Positions 27,681-40,784 of a stretch of 64,000 nucleotides of DNA are shown piece after piece. The position numbers were made by a program, and so were the translations under genes. How positions within the stretch are numbered: the stretch's first letter is position 1; each line of letters starts with the position of its first letter. The DNA comes from the human T2T-CHM13v2.0 reference genome, Homo sapiens, in NCBI RefSeq assembly GCF_009914755.1, contig NC_060926.1. One strand, written 5' to 3'. The notes beneath the pieces were generated by a model that worked only from the letters and a program-made list of their open reading frames with translations, did no database searches and was not told the origin of the DNA.

Positions 27681-29339
27681 AAGAGGGGCTGGCACAGACA
27701 TCATCTCCTGCAAGGGTCTGGATGTGCTCCCACTCCCCTTCTTTCTGCTTTTTGAGACTGATTCACTTCTCAATCAAGTCTTGGATGCAGAAGGAAAGAA
27801 GGGAGCAAAATAAATTAGGTACCCCCAAATGCGCTTGTTTGTGGGGACTAGAGAGTTGAAGGTATAAATGTGTGTTTGCATTGCTTGCCAAGCTGTGACT
27901 CAGAGTGTCTGGCCTGAGAGTGGCAATGCCCACAGGCCCCCAGGGCCCACTGCAAACTGCACAGGGGGCTGAGCTCTCCTACCTGTCCTGGCTTTTGGCA
28001 TTTCTGGCCTGGCATAGTCATTTAAAACCTTGGTTTGGGGTCTTTTTATTTTTCTTTCCACACTTCCTGGAATCACTGGTCAGCTTCAGAGCCAGGCTGT
28101 TGCTCTGAAAGTCCTGGGAGAGGGGAAGAGAGCAAGATGGACGAGTGCAATGAAACTGTGACCCTCCTTCCTATGACGGGGCGAGCGTTATCATGCTAAG
28201 GCCAGGAATTAGGTATTCTTCATGCCCAGAGAAGACAGACGAGGGGGAAGATGGGACAGCCAGGTGGAAGCTGGGAGACTGAAAGATTATAGCTTTTAAG
28301 AGGATCCTGTCCAGATTTGATGGCCTCTGAGGGGCCTCCTTGTTTTCTACATACAAAGTTTTTCTCCCATGCAATATTGAAATCGTGCTTTAAGGCATTC
28401 ATGTTAATCCATTCTTTATTTCTTAATTTCACATCATGTTCCTTAGCCTTAAAAAAAAAAAAATAAGGTCAAAGGCAGTTTTGCCACTGTCCTCGAAGAT
28501 GATTGAGTTGGGGGGTGGACTGGCAGTCAGCCTTCAGGAGGATCCTGCCAGGTAAGGGGAGGAGCCACCCTTGGCTCTGAGCCACTGGGACAGAGTAGAG
28601 AGAGGTACAGAAATGGAGATGAGCAGGGGTGGAGTGGAAGAAGAAAGGATCATGCCTTGGTCATCTTCTCCTCTCTCTCCTTCCCCGGTGATTCATGCCG
28701 TCATCACTTCCCATCTCAGATCCTGGGCTCACAGCCATCCCAAAGCCTTTCCTGCTCTGCTTGGCTGGAAACAGATGCAGACTGACAGATGTCTCCTTCA
28801 GGAACTGTGACATCTTCACACCCATCCTGGGGCAGCCACTCCCTTCCAGGCCTCTGCCGAGAACAGCTCTTCTTAGGGCTTTCCCAAGGCCACCAGGCCT
28901 GGTCCTGACACCCTCCAATACCGGGCGTCTTCTCTCCCAGCTCTTTCCCCCTCCACCAGCCTCCAAGCACCCTCCTCTCCTTGCATGCACCCCACTCAGT
29001 CCTATTGGCTTCCAGTGCCTTAATGTGACTTTCCCCTTCCCTCTTGCTCGGTGCAGTTCCACCCCTCTTAAGATCTTCTCACTCTTTCTTCCTCTTGCTG
29101 GAATGATTTGGTTGTGGGGTTGGGTGGGGGGTACATGCTCTTAGGAGTCCCCTTCAGCCAGTCAAATGCCCACATCCTCTGACTGCCTCTTCTACCCCAC
29201 TTGCTGCCCCACCCCCTTTCCTTGGCTTGGCCTGCCTTTCCTGACAGTGACAGTCCCTTTCCACATCCTAGGGTGCTGTGAGAACCAAACAAGACCATAT
29301 ACATGAAGTGCGTTGTAAACTGTAAAATCTCCAAAAGTA

Positions 29340-29764
<425 letters not shown>

Positions 29765-29814
29765 TCAGTGGTTTTCATGGCTCACGATGCTCAGAGCAAC
29801 CCAAGAAGTGGAGT

Positions 29815-30014
29815 CAAGTGTGGTCTCTCCAGACCTCCTAATGTGCTCCCCTTCAGACCTCCTAATGTGCTCCCCTTCAGACCTCCTAATGTACTCCTCT
29901 TCAGACCTCCTAATGTGCTCCCCTTCAGTGGGGTGGCCTCTCTAGACCTCCTTATGTGCTCCCCTTCAGTGGGGCGGCCTCTCCAGACCTCCTAATGTGC
30001 TCCCCTTCAGTGGG
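29815..30014. repeat. compound minisatellite (24-bp unit cagacctcctaatgtgctcccctt, plus a 41-bp variant)
   Basis: Four 24-bp copies at 29830-29925, then two copies each preceded by cagtgggg(t/c)ggcctctc. Confidence 0.9.
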
Positions 30015-31627
30015 CCTGATGAACCTAGACCTTAAACACACGGCCAAGGGGTTCTGAGGAGGAAGGCCTGGTGAAAAGACACTCACCTAGATTGTTTGAC
30101 TCTTGACCCTCTTTCACCAAACTCTAGATCTTCCTCTTGCTGAATCCTACTAAGGGGGTGCTTAGCTCCCTGTGTTTACCTTTGTAAATTCACTTTGTAT
30201 TTTCCAAAGGACTCAGTTTGGGGCTCAGGCTCCTCAAACAGCAGCTTCTGAAGCTTTCTGGAGGATAAAGCCAGAGTTCTCAAAGTGGGTGGGAGCAGGA
30301 GACCATGTCCCAACTTGGAGCACCCAACATGGCTTGGAGGCCCCTCTGGGCACAGAGGCAGTGAGAGCCATCAGCACCTCTCCTCGAGGCCAGTAGAGAG
30401 GTTCTAGGGACGTTGAGGGCCACTCTCACTTCCTATGTAAACTCATCCCTCTGGGCAGCATCTCCCTTTCTAGCAGACACTGCGCTTGCACAGCTGCTCT
30501 CTCTGGATGCTGTGTGCTGCCATGCTTGTCCCCCTCAGGGCTTTCCAGGGCAGTGGTGGGTGTGGAGAAGCTCCCCCTGTTTTGATGTGTACAGGGAAGC
30601 ATGTGGATGAAGGCATTGCTAGGTGATGCTAAGATGGCAACAGCCTGCTGCAGATTGTGGGAGACATGGCATTGCCAGTGTGCAGAAGGCCAGCTGGGCT
30701 CAGGGTGGAGGGGAGCTGGCACCCAGCACCGAGTCCATGGGGGAGCCAAGCAGCTGGGAGGACCAGCCATGGGAAGGGTGTGACACCAAGTGGACAGCGA
30801 TAAAACAGGACCGAAGGGGCCAGGACTGGGGCTGTCCTCCTGGCCTGCAGGAGCTGGCTGTGTGTCCTTCCACATGGTACCTCCCTTCCATGGGCCTCTG
30901 CTTGCCTGGGGGACATATCAGAGACTGGAGTCTAACAGGCACTGGTTACACAAAACATCATGTATTTTCAACAAGATGACTGGCTTAAATTGAGGGTTCC
31001 CAAATGGTTTTCTGTGAACAGAGGTTTCCACTGCTGGGCCATCCCCCAGAGGAGCCCGTTCTGAAGAGGAGTCCTGGCCACACTTACTCGCTGTCTCACT
31101 TCCAGGCATTCCTGGGGTCCTCAGGGGAATTTTCAGGGTGTCTTCTGAGCTGACCTGGTCCAGTGGTTTTCGGTGAGTAACTGAATCACAGCTCTCTCCC
31201 CCTTTCTCTGGTGGCTCACTGTGCTGGGGACTGAACAGTCCTGGGTGGTACAATAGGCTGAACCATAAGTCACTTCAGGAAGTGGGCGTCTATTTCATGC
31301 TCTGCAAGGAGCGCTGTAAAATAGTCATAACCCCCAATCTAGCAGAGTGTCAGATCCCCCCTGAGTTTTTCACTGCGATGCATAGTAATACGACTCACCA
31401 TTTCTTATTAGATGCGTGAATGAATAAATTTGCGTATTTATTAGGTCCTGATGGCTTCCCGTCTTTGAGTCCTGAGAGAAAAAACTTGCGCAGTAAGTTG
31501 TTCCAGCTGACGCCTTAGAGAGGGTTCACTTTTCAGGTCATTTTCAAACCCTTCTGGGCAGCTGGCTATGAGGTTCTGGGGAAGAATGGGAGAGGTGTTC
31601 AGGGCACAACAGCAGGGCCTTTCCTCT

Positions 31628-32042
31628 ATGTGGACGACCGGCAGGCGTGCTGCCCAGACCCCCGTTCAGGGCAGGACTTCTTGCCCAGCTATGGGGGTGT
31701 GGTCAGCAGATGGTTTCCAGCTGTCAGGTCCCTTGGAACCTCAGCTTCAGAAAACAAACTTGCTCAAGGTCACACCCTTCTCAGGGCAGCCCACCTCCAG
31801 TGACTGGGCAAGATGGAGTACACAGGCCTGGCCATTTCTGCTTGACCCAGGGTGGGATGACCAGCAATATTCACTTCAGAGCTTCCCACCAGCTTGGCCA
31901 AGACCTTGTCAGGCTGCATCGCATTTAATCTCTCCCTCCCCGAATCCTCATTCTATCCCCTCCTACAAGTAGTGATCCCTAATAAACATCATGCATCCAA
32001 AGTCCATCTCAGCATCTGCTTTCAGAGAACGCTTACTTCACA
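31628..32042 (+). mobile_element. LTR16-family (LTR16A/C-like) ERVL LTR
   Basis: gcccagacccc...caaggtcacacccttctcagggcagcccacctccagtgactg...ccctaataaacatc...ccatctcagcatctgcttt. Confidence 0.75.
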
Positions 32043-32249
32043 GTTCTCCCCAGGGGTGGTTCAGAATCTTGCTATAGGTCCAGTCCTTCCCCAAAACCAG
32101 TAAAGCCGATGTGCGGCCCTCCAAAAACCCATTCTGACCAAGTCAAATCCATAGCCACCAGAGTGTGTGGGGGACGACATCAGAGATGGCTGCTATGGTA
32201 TCCAGTTGCCTAGAAAAAGAAATCTATCAAGCCCATACTAGCCTCAGGC

Positions 32250-32585
32250 CTCAGGGCCTTTGCACTTCATGTTCTCTTTTAGGAATGCTAGAGTTTGTGC
32301 CCAGTTCACCTTCTTAGGCAAGTCTTCATAGACCGCCAATCAAAATGATCCTCTCCTCAACACACAGTCACCCCACTATGTGCTGTGTTGTTGGTGATTT
32401 TCTGTTGCAATAAAAATTAAAGGTAACCTTGGATACTTAGGTTTTCAGTCTCTGTCTCTTCCCACTGGAACATGAATCCTGTGAAAGCAGGGGTCTTTCT
32501 ACTTTGTTCATCTCCTCATCCCAGGACCTTGCAGCATGTCTTAAGTAAGTACCAGATAGAGAATGACAGAATGAATAGGATGGAC
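32250..32585 (+). mobile_element. L2 3' end
   Basis: ctcagggcctttgcactt...cccactggaacatgaatcctgtgaaagcaggg...gaatgaat. Confidence 0.6.
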
Positions 32586-32717
32586 AAATATTTTTTGAGT
32601 GGAAGTAAGAGAATCTAAGAATTCAATATTTTAAATAATTTTTAAAATATTTTGTTTACTGAATATTTTCGCTTTTTCTTTCTAGTTAAGGTAAGTGGCA
32701 CTGGTTTTCACTTAGAG

Positions 32718-32925
32718 AAGGGACAAACTTTCTTCTTCAGAGAGCCACTTAGTAAATACTTTTGGCTTTGCAAGTCTCAAGGGCTTGGTTGCAACTGCTT
32801 AACTCTGTGGTTGTAGCACAAAGGCAGCCATTGACAATACAAAACGAATGGGCGTGGCTGTGTTACAATAAAACTTTCTCTGAAAAAACAGGTGGATGTC
32901 TGAATTTGGCTGGCAGGTTGTTACT
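32718..32925. mobile_element. MER58A hAT MITE
   Basis: tagtaaatacttttggctttgca...gcagccattgacaatac...gaatgggcgtggctgtgttacaataaaacttt. Confidence 0.8.
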
Positions 32926-33449
32926 TAGAGTAATAACATAAAATTTCCTATAAATAACTTTATTGGAGGAAAAAAGGAAGTCCGTTTAAATAAAAGTATT
33001 AACTAAATAGCTGTATAGAAACCATATGCAAATTCCTAATGTTGGTTAGTTCTAATGTTTCTTGTAACATCTGTGGCCACAGCTGTGAGGGTGAGGGAGG
33101 TGGAAGGGAGAAAACCTTTAATTTAACGTTACCAAACAGGGTGGGAGGCTCACTTAGATATTCCCGAGAGCTTGTTCTGCTTTTTCTCCCCTTGCTATTC
33201 CTTTGTCCTATATTCTTTTCACTGCCAACTCTGTACCTAGAACTAGTGGTTGTCTTAAAACGCTCTTGCTTGGTAAGCAATCCTTCTATGGGGTTTAAAT
33301 ACCCCCAGGTTGGATGTGACCCCACTTACCTACCTCATAAATATACCCTGAGCTTAAACATAAACATGGCAGGGCACTCAGGAGTTAGGTGTGGCAGAAG
33401 GTGACAAAGTTAGAGTGAGATTCCTAAACTTTTAGGAATGAGAATGGCT

Positions 33450-33662
33450 CAGGTCTACTGGGCACTTAACACAAACCAGGCCTGCTCGCATGTATTAGTT
33501 GATTCAGTTCTCACAGTCATCTTATAATAATAGTATTTCCATTTGCAGATGAGACAACTGAGGCCCAGGAGCTAAGTCAGTTGCCCAAGATTATTCAGCT
33601 AGCAAGAGGCAGAGTTAGGTTACCAACCCAGGTCATCGGCACCAGAGCCATGCTGCTAACAT
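33450..33662 (-). mobile_element. MIR
   Basis: ccatttgcagatgagacaactgaggcccagg...gttgcccaagatt. Confidence 0.7.
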
Positions 33663-33871
33663 GTACACCTGTGATGACATGCTACAGCGTTCCACGAGAT
33701 AGCAATATCAGTGTTTCCTAGGAGTCCGAATCAATTCACTATTCTTTCTCTATTACCTTTTTTACAAAAATCATGTATTTATGTATTCATTTATTTATTT
33801 ATTTACTCATTATTTTTATTGAGGTGAAACTCACATCATATAAAATCAAACATTTAAAAGAATACAATTCA

Positions 33872-34008
33872 GGCTAGGTGCATTGGTTCATGCCTGTGAT
33901 CTGAGCATTTTGGGAGGCTGAGGCAGGAGGGTAACCTGAGGTCAGGAGTTAGAGACTAGCCTGGGCAAATAGTGAGACACTCTCTCTACAGAAAAATTAA
34001 AACAAAAA
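33872..34008 (+). mobile_element. FLAM / Alu left monomer
   Basis: ggctaggtgcattggttcatgcctg...tctctacagaaaaa; TSD aaaagaatacaattca/aaaagtatacaattca. Confidence 0.8.
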
Positions 34009-34586
34009 GTATACAATTCAGTGCCACTTAGCGCATTCACAATGTTGTACAAGCACCACTTCTCTTGAGTTTCAATCTTTTTTTTTTTAATAACCCCAGG
34101 AGAATATTCCGTATCCATTAAGTAATCCCTCCCTAGTCCCTTCTTCCCCCTACTGGCAATGTAATCTGCTTCGTCTCTAGTGATTTGGCTTCTCTGAATA
34201 TTTTATATAAAAAGAATCATATAATATGTGACCTTTTGTGTCTGGCTTCTTTCATTTAACTTGTTTTAAAGGTTCATCTAAGTTGTAGAATGAATCAATA
34301 CTTTGTTCTTTTTTGTGACTGAATAATGTTCCATTGTGTGGATATACTACATTTCATTTATCCATTTATCTGTTGATGAATATTTGGGTTGTTTCCACCT
34401 TTTGGCTGTTGCGAATAGGGCTGATATAAACATGCATGAACAAATACTTGTTTGAGTATCTATTTTCAATTCTTTTGAGTACATAACTAGGAGTGGAATT
34501 GCTGGGTCACAAAGTACTCAATGTTTAACTTTTTGAGGAACTGCCGAACTGTTTTCCATAGTGGCTGCACCATTTTACATTCCCAA

Positions 34587-35010
34587 TGAGGTAGGAGGTA
34601 GGATTTGACTCTGGACTGGACTGAAGACTGACTGAAACAGGGAAGAGGCACCAGCACCACGACAGTTCAGCATTTCCATGGCAACACTTGGAAATTACTG
34701 CCCCTTTCCATGGCAATGGCCTGGAGGTTACCACTCCTTTTCTAAAAATATCTGAATAACCTGCCCCTTAGTTTGCATATAATTAGAAGTGGGTAATTAA
34801 ATATGACTGCAGAACTGCCCCTGAGCTGCTACTTTCAGCACATTGCCCGTGGGGTAGCTTGCTCTGCAGGAGCAGTCATGGAGTTGTCACACTGCCTCCT
34901 CAATAAAGCTGTTTTCTTCTGCCACCGTCTCACTCTTGAATTCTTTCCTAAGTGAAGTCAAGAAACTTCTCAGGCTAAGCCCCAGTTTTGGGGTTCACCT
35001 GCCTAGCTCA
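34587..35010 (+). mobile_element. MER50-like ERV1 LTR
   Basis: tgaggtaggaggtaggatttgactc...ccatggcaac...tttgcatataatt...aataaagc...ggctaagccccagttttgggg...ca. Confidence 0.7.
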
Positions 35011-35171
35011 TATTTCTCCACATCATTACCAACACTTGTTATTTTTTGTTTTTTGATGTTGTTTTTGTCTTTTAATATGTTAATAGATACCCCGTGGATT
35101 TGAAGTGTTATCTCATTGCAGTTTTGATTTCCATCCCATTAATGACCAGTTATGTTAAACCTCTCTTCATT

Positions 35172-35345
35172 GGCTGGGCAGAGTGGCTCATGCCTGTAAT
35201 CGTTGGGAGGCCAAGGCATAGGATTGCTTGAGCCCTTGAGTTTGAGGCTGTATTGAGCCATGATTGTGCCACTGCACTCCAGTCTGGTGACACAGCAAGA
35301 CTTTGGCTCTAAAAACAGACAAACAAACAAACAAACAAAAAAATC
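35172..35345 (+). mobile_element. FRAM / Alu monomer
   Basis: ggctgggcagagtggctc...ggattgcttgagccc...ccactgcactccag, (CAAA)n tail; TSD aaacctctcttcatt/aaacatctcttcatt. Confidence 0.8.
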
Positions 35346-35557
35346 TCAAAACATCTCTTCATTAGCTTTTTGCTCATTTATATATCTTTTTTGGAGAAAT
35401 ATCCATTTAAGTACTTTAATTGGGTTGTGTATCTTTTTATTGCTCTGTTAGAAGAATTCTTTGAATATTCTGGATGTTAGAGCCTTATCAGATATATAAT
35501 TTGCAAATATTTTTTCCCATTCTATAGGTAGTCTTTTTACTTTCTTGCTAACGCCCT

Positions 35558-36003
35558 TGTAACTGCATCAGATGAATGTGGTTTAACTTTTACGTAGCAA
35601 AGTTGTGAATTGTTTCTCAGTTGCCATGGACCCCCCAGGTTGAAGGTCATGTAACCTGAGCATGCCTAGATGAACCAAGTGTGCAACCGCAAGGGGAATC
35701 TAAGTGCTTGGACCAAGGAATGGGAATAGAATTAAGAAATGGAAACCATACATAGCAGGATCTAGTCAGATCCTGCTTCCCGGCATCACTTCATTCCAAG
35801 ATCCAATCAGATCCTGCCACCTTACCCTATCCTTATAAAACCTGACTCAGATCCCAGCTAAGGGGGACACTGCTTCGAGAGCTACCGGCTATGTGCTCCT
35901 TACTTGTTGCAAGTAATAAAATGTCCTCCTAAATCCTCCCTGGCTGTGGCCATTGGGCTGTCACCTGCTAAACAACGAAACCTCCCCCGTTGTGTGGGTA
36001 ACA
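35558..36003 (+). mobile_element. LTR47-like endogenous retroviral solo LTR
   Basis: tgtaactgcatcaga...ccaatcag...tataaaa...aataaaa...gggtaaca: TG..CA termini with CCAAT, TATA and polyA signal in LTR order. Confidence 0.7.
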
Positions 36004-36282
36004 TCTTTTGTTGCACCAAAATTTTTATTTTTCTGAAGTCCAATTTATATTTTTTTCTTTCATTGCTTGTGCTTTTGGTGTTAAATCTAAGAATCCCCTG
36101 TCAAATTCAAGGTCATGAAGATTTACCCTTATGTTTTCTTCTGACAGCTTTTGTTTCAGCTTTTATATTTAGGTCATTGCTCCATCTCTGTTGATTTTAA
36201 GAGGACCTAATACAGACCTGGTTAGGGGAGGATGGGAAGACTTCAGTAGAGCCACACCGTCTCAAGTGAATAAACATCAGTT

Positions 36283-36419
36283 TGGATTTCAGGCCCTCCC
36301 TACTGTAGTGTGACCTCATTTCATTAATGACATCTACAAAGACCCTGTTTCCAAATACGGTCACATTCTGATGTTCTGAATGGACATGAATTTTGGTGGG
36401 GACACTATTCATACCAGCA
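36283..36419 (-). mobile_element. MLT1B-like LTR fragment
   Basis: acatctacaaagaccctgtttccaaatacggtcacattctg...ggggacactattc. Confidence 0.7.
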
Positions 36420-36759
36420 TGCCCCCCTAGTTAACTTGAGACAGAGGATAGTGGCTGCCTCCCAGACAGCAGGAGAAGGCAAAATCCCTGCAGAAGCAGC
36501 AGCTTAAACAAACTCTCAGCCGGGAGCATGGTGGTTGGGGTGGGGAGAAAACAGTGTGAGTACCAAGGGTAGCAGTATGATGTGACAGTGGCAATCCCCA
36601 AACCGCAGCTCCTTTCAAAGGAGCTTATGAGTGATAAATGCCGCTAAAGACTCTGGGCAGTGTGCAGAGTTGGAGGAAGGGGGACAGGCTAACCAGGCCG
36701 TGTGTGAGAGCAGCCTTTGGTTTCTTGTCCTGCTTTTAATTTTTGTATGTGTTAGCCTT

Positions 36760-36912
36760 TTTCCTTGAGGCAAAGCATACATACAGTAGAAGTGCATAAA
36801 GTGCACTAATCTTAACCGTACAGCTTGGAGGATATTTACATAGGCATGTGCTCATGAAACCATCATCCAGATGAAAAAGCAGCATGCTTCCAGCACCCCG
36901 ACAGGTACCCCA
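36760..36912 (-). mobile_element. L1ME 3' fragment
   Basis: catacagtagaagtgca...aatcttaaccgtacagcttg...aaccatcatccagat. Confidence 0.55.
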
Positions 36913-36916
36913 GTGT

Positions 36917-37050
36917 TAGGGCCTGGTTCATGGCAGTGTGACCTCTCTGATGCTCAAAAGGGCTTGCATTTGGTTTAATGCTCTGCTGTCACTGTCCTGG
37001 CATTTTTGAACACGGGGCCTTGCATTTCCATTGTTCACTGGGCCCAGGTA
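36917..37050. mobile_element. MER91-like hAT fragment
   Basis: agggcctggttcatgg...tggtttaatgctctgctgtcactgtc...ttttgaacacggggcc. Confidence 0.5.
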
Positions 37051-37084
37051 ACCCCTATTCTCTCCTTTCCATGAGTACAAATAT

Positions 37085-37460
37085 TTCAAGGTTCAGCTGA
37101 AGTTCTACCTCCTTCAGAAAGCTTTCCCTGACTCCTCTCTGCTCTCTGGGTAACTGCGTGTCCTCAATTTCTATAGGGGCTATGCCTGACCAATACCACT
37201 CAGTACTTGGTCACATGAATTACACTCAGCCCTTGCTAGTCTCTGTTTTCTCTGTGCATGAAAGTTTTGTCTCTCCCATCTGGTTATGAACTGACTAAAG
37301 CATTGGGAAAAGCTCCTACTCTTGGGCGCTCTGATGTGGAACACTGAGAATTATTGGGATCCATGTTTCATCTCTTCTTTTAACCTGCAAAATTCCTTTA
37401 TTTGTCTTGATGTCCCACAGCACACCCAGCCTAGTGTCTCTGTCAAGTTCAATAAACTGT
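37085..37460 (+). mobile_element. L2 fragments
   Basis: ttcaaggttcagct...cctccttcagaaagctttccctgac...ttcaataaac. Confidence 0.5.
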
Positions 37461-38339
37461 GGCCGGCCTTTTACTGCTCGCTCTTCCTGTCTTATTTCTG
37501 ACCAGGTGGCTTTGCCGCACCCCAGGATTCTAGAATGTTAAGGCAGGAAGGGATCTGAGACTCATCTGGTAAAATCCATGTGTGAATGGAGGAGACTCCT
37601 CTAGGTCTAGTGTCTTGCCCAAGGTTACACAGCTAGTGGGGGGCACTGCAGGAGGGACAGAACATTTTCCTCTGTAACTGCCTCCACCCCTTTGTCCCTT
37701 CCTCTTTACAGATGTGGACCCCTCCTGTGAGTGCAGGTGGGAGGTAGCCCTCTCTCTGCCTGGAGCATCTGACCTGATTCTCCCTGAGACCGGCAGTCCA
37801 TCACTGGATTGGCTTCCGGCTTCCTCTGCGGAATGGCTCCCTGGAGCCTCCCTGAGAAGTTCAGGAACCAGCTGCCTGTCAGCCACCTTATTAAACCGGT
37901 TTCCAGATGTCTCCACCTCAAAATGAGGAAGCAGGAGGAGGGTGAGGGGCTGGGAGTTTTGTCCCTTAAATGAAGTCAGCCAGATCCCTAATAAATAATG
38001 TCATGTACCGATGGAGCAGGTGGTCATGGGAGATGATGTGATGCAGAGGAGGTCCTCATGAAGCCATGTGTGAGGGTGGGAGAGGCCGACAGACAAGCAG
38101 GTAGAACATTTGGGGACAAGGACAAGAGGAAGAGATAGATGTGCAATTAGAGACTGAGAGGGGGCAGGGAGAACCCATGAAAATGTGAATGTATAAGAGA
38201 GAAACAGGACAGAGAAAGAAAAGGAAGCTGAAAAAGAGAGATGGGAAATGAGGGCCCAGACAAGGCTATTTTGCCTAAGATTTTCCATTGTGCTGATCTG
38301 CCAGGGTCTGTCTTCATTGAAATTGCTAATCACAGCCAA

Positions 38340-38555
38340 CCCTTGAGGCCTTTCTGTATGCAAGTCCTGTGTTGTGTGCCTTATAGGTATTGGATCATTT
38401 ACTCTTTGCCATAACCTCAGGAGGTAGCCCTTGCAATTATGCCCATTTCACAGGCAAGGAAAGTGAGGCTCAGAGAACTTACAGAACTTGCTCAAGGTCA
38501 CACAGTAGAGAAGTCTGGTTCTCACACTTGTACCCTTAACCACTCCACTCTCCTT
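38340..38555 (-). mobile_element. MIR
   Basis: cccatttcacaggcaaggaaagtgaggctcagaga...cttgctcaaggtcacacag. Confidence 0.75.
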
Positions 38556-38851
38556 AGTGGTAAAATTTGGGGGAGTGGTCTTCCCAGGCTTGGCTCATTC
38601 CACTGCTGGGCACAGGGCTATAGTAGGTTGGCACAGCCTAAACTTAATATCATCCTTAGAGAGTAATTCTGAATCTGTCTGCATGTGGGCACAGGCAGAG
38701 AGACACAGAACAAGAAATAAGAACGTATCCTTTCTTCCAAGCACTTGTTTTGGAATATGCTGCATTTAGCCAGTTGGGTGGACTTATTTTCTTTTAGCTC
38801 ATGAATGAACTGACTGCTTCATGTGCCTCTTTTCTGTTTGCATTTATGCAT

Positions 38852-39204
38852 TGTATTAGTCTGTTCTCGTGCCGCTATAAAGAACTGCCGAGACTGGGTA
38901 ATTTATAAAGGAAAGAGGTTTAATTGATTCACAGTTCTGCATGGCCAGGGAGGCCTCAGGAAACTTATATGGTGGAAGACACCACTTCACAGGGCAGCAG
39001 GAGACAAAATGGGAGCCAGCAGGGGAAATGCCAGAAGCTTCTAAAACTGTCAGATCTCGTGAGACCCACTCATTATCAAGAGAACAGCATGGGGGAAACT
39101 GCCCCCATGATTCAAAAACTTCTACCTGGTCCCACCCTTGACACATGGGGATTATTACAATTCAAGGTGAGATTTGGGTGGGGACACAGAGCCAAACCAT
39201 ATCA
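38852..39204 (-). mobile_element. THE1D/MSTA-like solo LTR
   Basis: tgtattagtctgttctc...gagccaaaccatatca; perfect 5-bp TSD tgcat. Confidence 0.9.
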
Positions 39205-39225
39205 TGCATATGTGAGAAACATGGA

Positions 39226-40154
39226 TATATTAGTTTCCTGGGCTGCCATAACAAGTTATCACAAAATTAGTTGTTTAAGACAACAAACAACATGAATATA
39301 TTCTCTCACAGTTCTGGAGGCCAAAAATCTGAAATCCAAAGTGTTGGTAGGACCACACTACCTGTGAGGGCTCTAGGGAAGAGTCCTTACTTGCTTTTTC
39401 CTGGCTTTCAATGGCTTTTTGAGCATCTTTGACATCCCTTGGTTTGAAGCTGCATCACTCCAATCTCTGCCTTTGTCGTCACATGGACTACTTCCTTGTG
39501 TCTCCTCTCTGTCTCTGTATTCCAATTTTCTTCTCTTTTTTTTAACCAGTCATTGGATTTAGGGCCTACCCTAATCCAGAATGACTTTATTTTAACTAGA
39601 TTACATCTGCAAAAAACCCTATTTCTTTTATTTATTTATTTATTTATTTTAACTTTTAAGTTCTGGGATACGTGTGGAGGACATGCAGGTTTGTTACGTA
39701 GGTAAACATGTGCCATGTTGGTTTGCTGCACCTATCAACCCATCACCTAGGTATTAAGCCCTGCATGCATCAGCTATTTATCCTCATGCTTTCCCTCCCC
39801 CCACAACCCCTGACAGGCCCCAGTGTGTGTTGTTCCCCTCCCTGTGTCCTTGTGTTCTCATTGTTCAGGTCCCACTTGTAAGTGAGAACACGTGGTGTTT
39901 GGTTTTCTGTTCCTGTGCTAGTTTGCTGAGGATAATGGCTTCCAGCTCCATCCATGTCCCTGCAAAGGACATGATCTCGTTCCTTTTTATGGCTGCATAG
40001 TATTCCATAGCGTGTATGTACCATATTTTCTTTATCCAGTCTATCATTGATGGCCATTTGCAAAAATCCTATTTCTAAATAAAATCACGTTTATAAGTAT
40101 TGGGGGTTAGGAGTTGAACAAGTATTTTGGGGGGACACAATTCAAACCACTACT
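39226..40154 (-). mobile_element. MLT1C-like LTR interrupted by L1PA
   Basis: tattagtttcctgggctgccataacaa...ctcacagttctggaggcc...gggggacacaattcaaacc. Confidence 0.8.
39627..40058 (-). mobile_element. L1PA (L1PA8-like) 5'-truncated 3' end
   Basis: Antisense L1PA 3'UTR; ORF 39865..40047 is the L1 ORF2 C-terminus; TSD tgcaaaaaaccctatttct/tgcaaaaatcctatttct. Confidence 0.9.
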
Positions 40155-40784
40155 ATGGGAATATATGCAAAGTATAGGTGATAAAAAGATGTGAATAAAA
40201 GCAAATGCAAAGGATGAGTGTGTGGCAGATCAATGCTCAGGCATTTCCCTTAAATGTGGAATGTTAAACTATTATTTATACCTTCTGTCTAGTCCTTGAT
40301 GCCTCCTCTTTGCCCCACCATGTGTTTCTATCTGCCTCCTTCCACCTCCCAGACACCATCCCTAAGTTTTTACATATGACCATGCTTTGGAATTGAGATA
40401 CTTCCAAAATTATTCAAAATTCTTAAAAGGACACCATTTTGGGGCAAATATTCTGTTTTACCCGGGGGCAGAGCTGATTCTTGTCTCTAATCCTGGATTC
40501 ATTTCCTAGATCAGAGCTACCTGCCTAGCTGATGTGTAAGGAATACAGTAAAATGGCCTTAATGTAAAATACCAGCACCCACTGACTTACCAGCAGGACC
40601 TTGTGTGATGGGGTGCTCTGAGTGCCTCATTCACCATCGATGATGAACTTAGGATGTACTGGTCTCCAGGGACTCTTCTTAAATCCAAAATAATCCTCTA
40701 GTGTTGGTTAGATCACTTTCTATGGGAAGAATATAAATACACTGGCAATAACTTTTTGCCCAGAGGAGATCTGATGACTCATGC

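Larger units (their letters stand above)
33810..36195 (-). mobile_element. L1MB-like 3' region, interrupted by four insertions
   Basis: ttttattgaggtgaaactcaca...gttttccatagtggctgcaccattttacattccca...aggtcatgaagatttaccc. Confidence 0.8.

Noticed and set aside
29830-30014. CRISPR-like repeat/spacer pattern
   Set aside because: Most units are directly adjacent, the two spacers are near-identical, there are no cas genes, and the context is primate.
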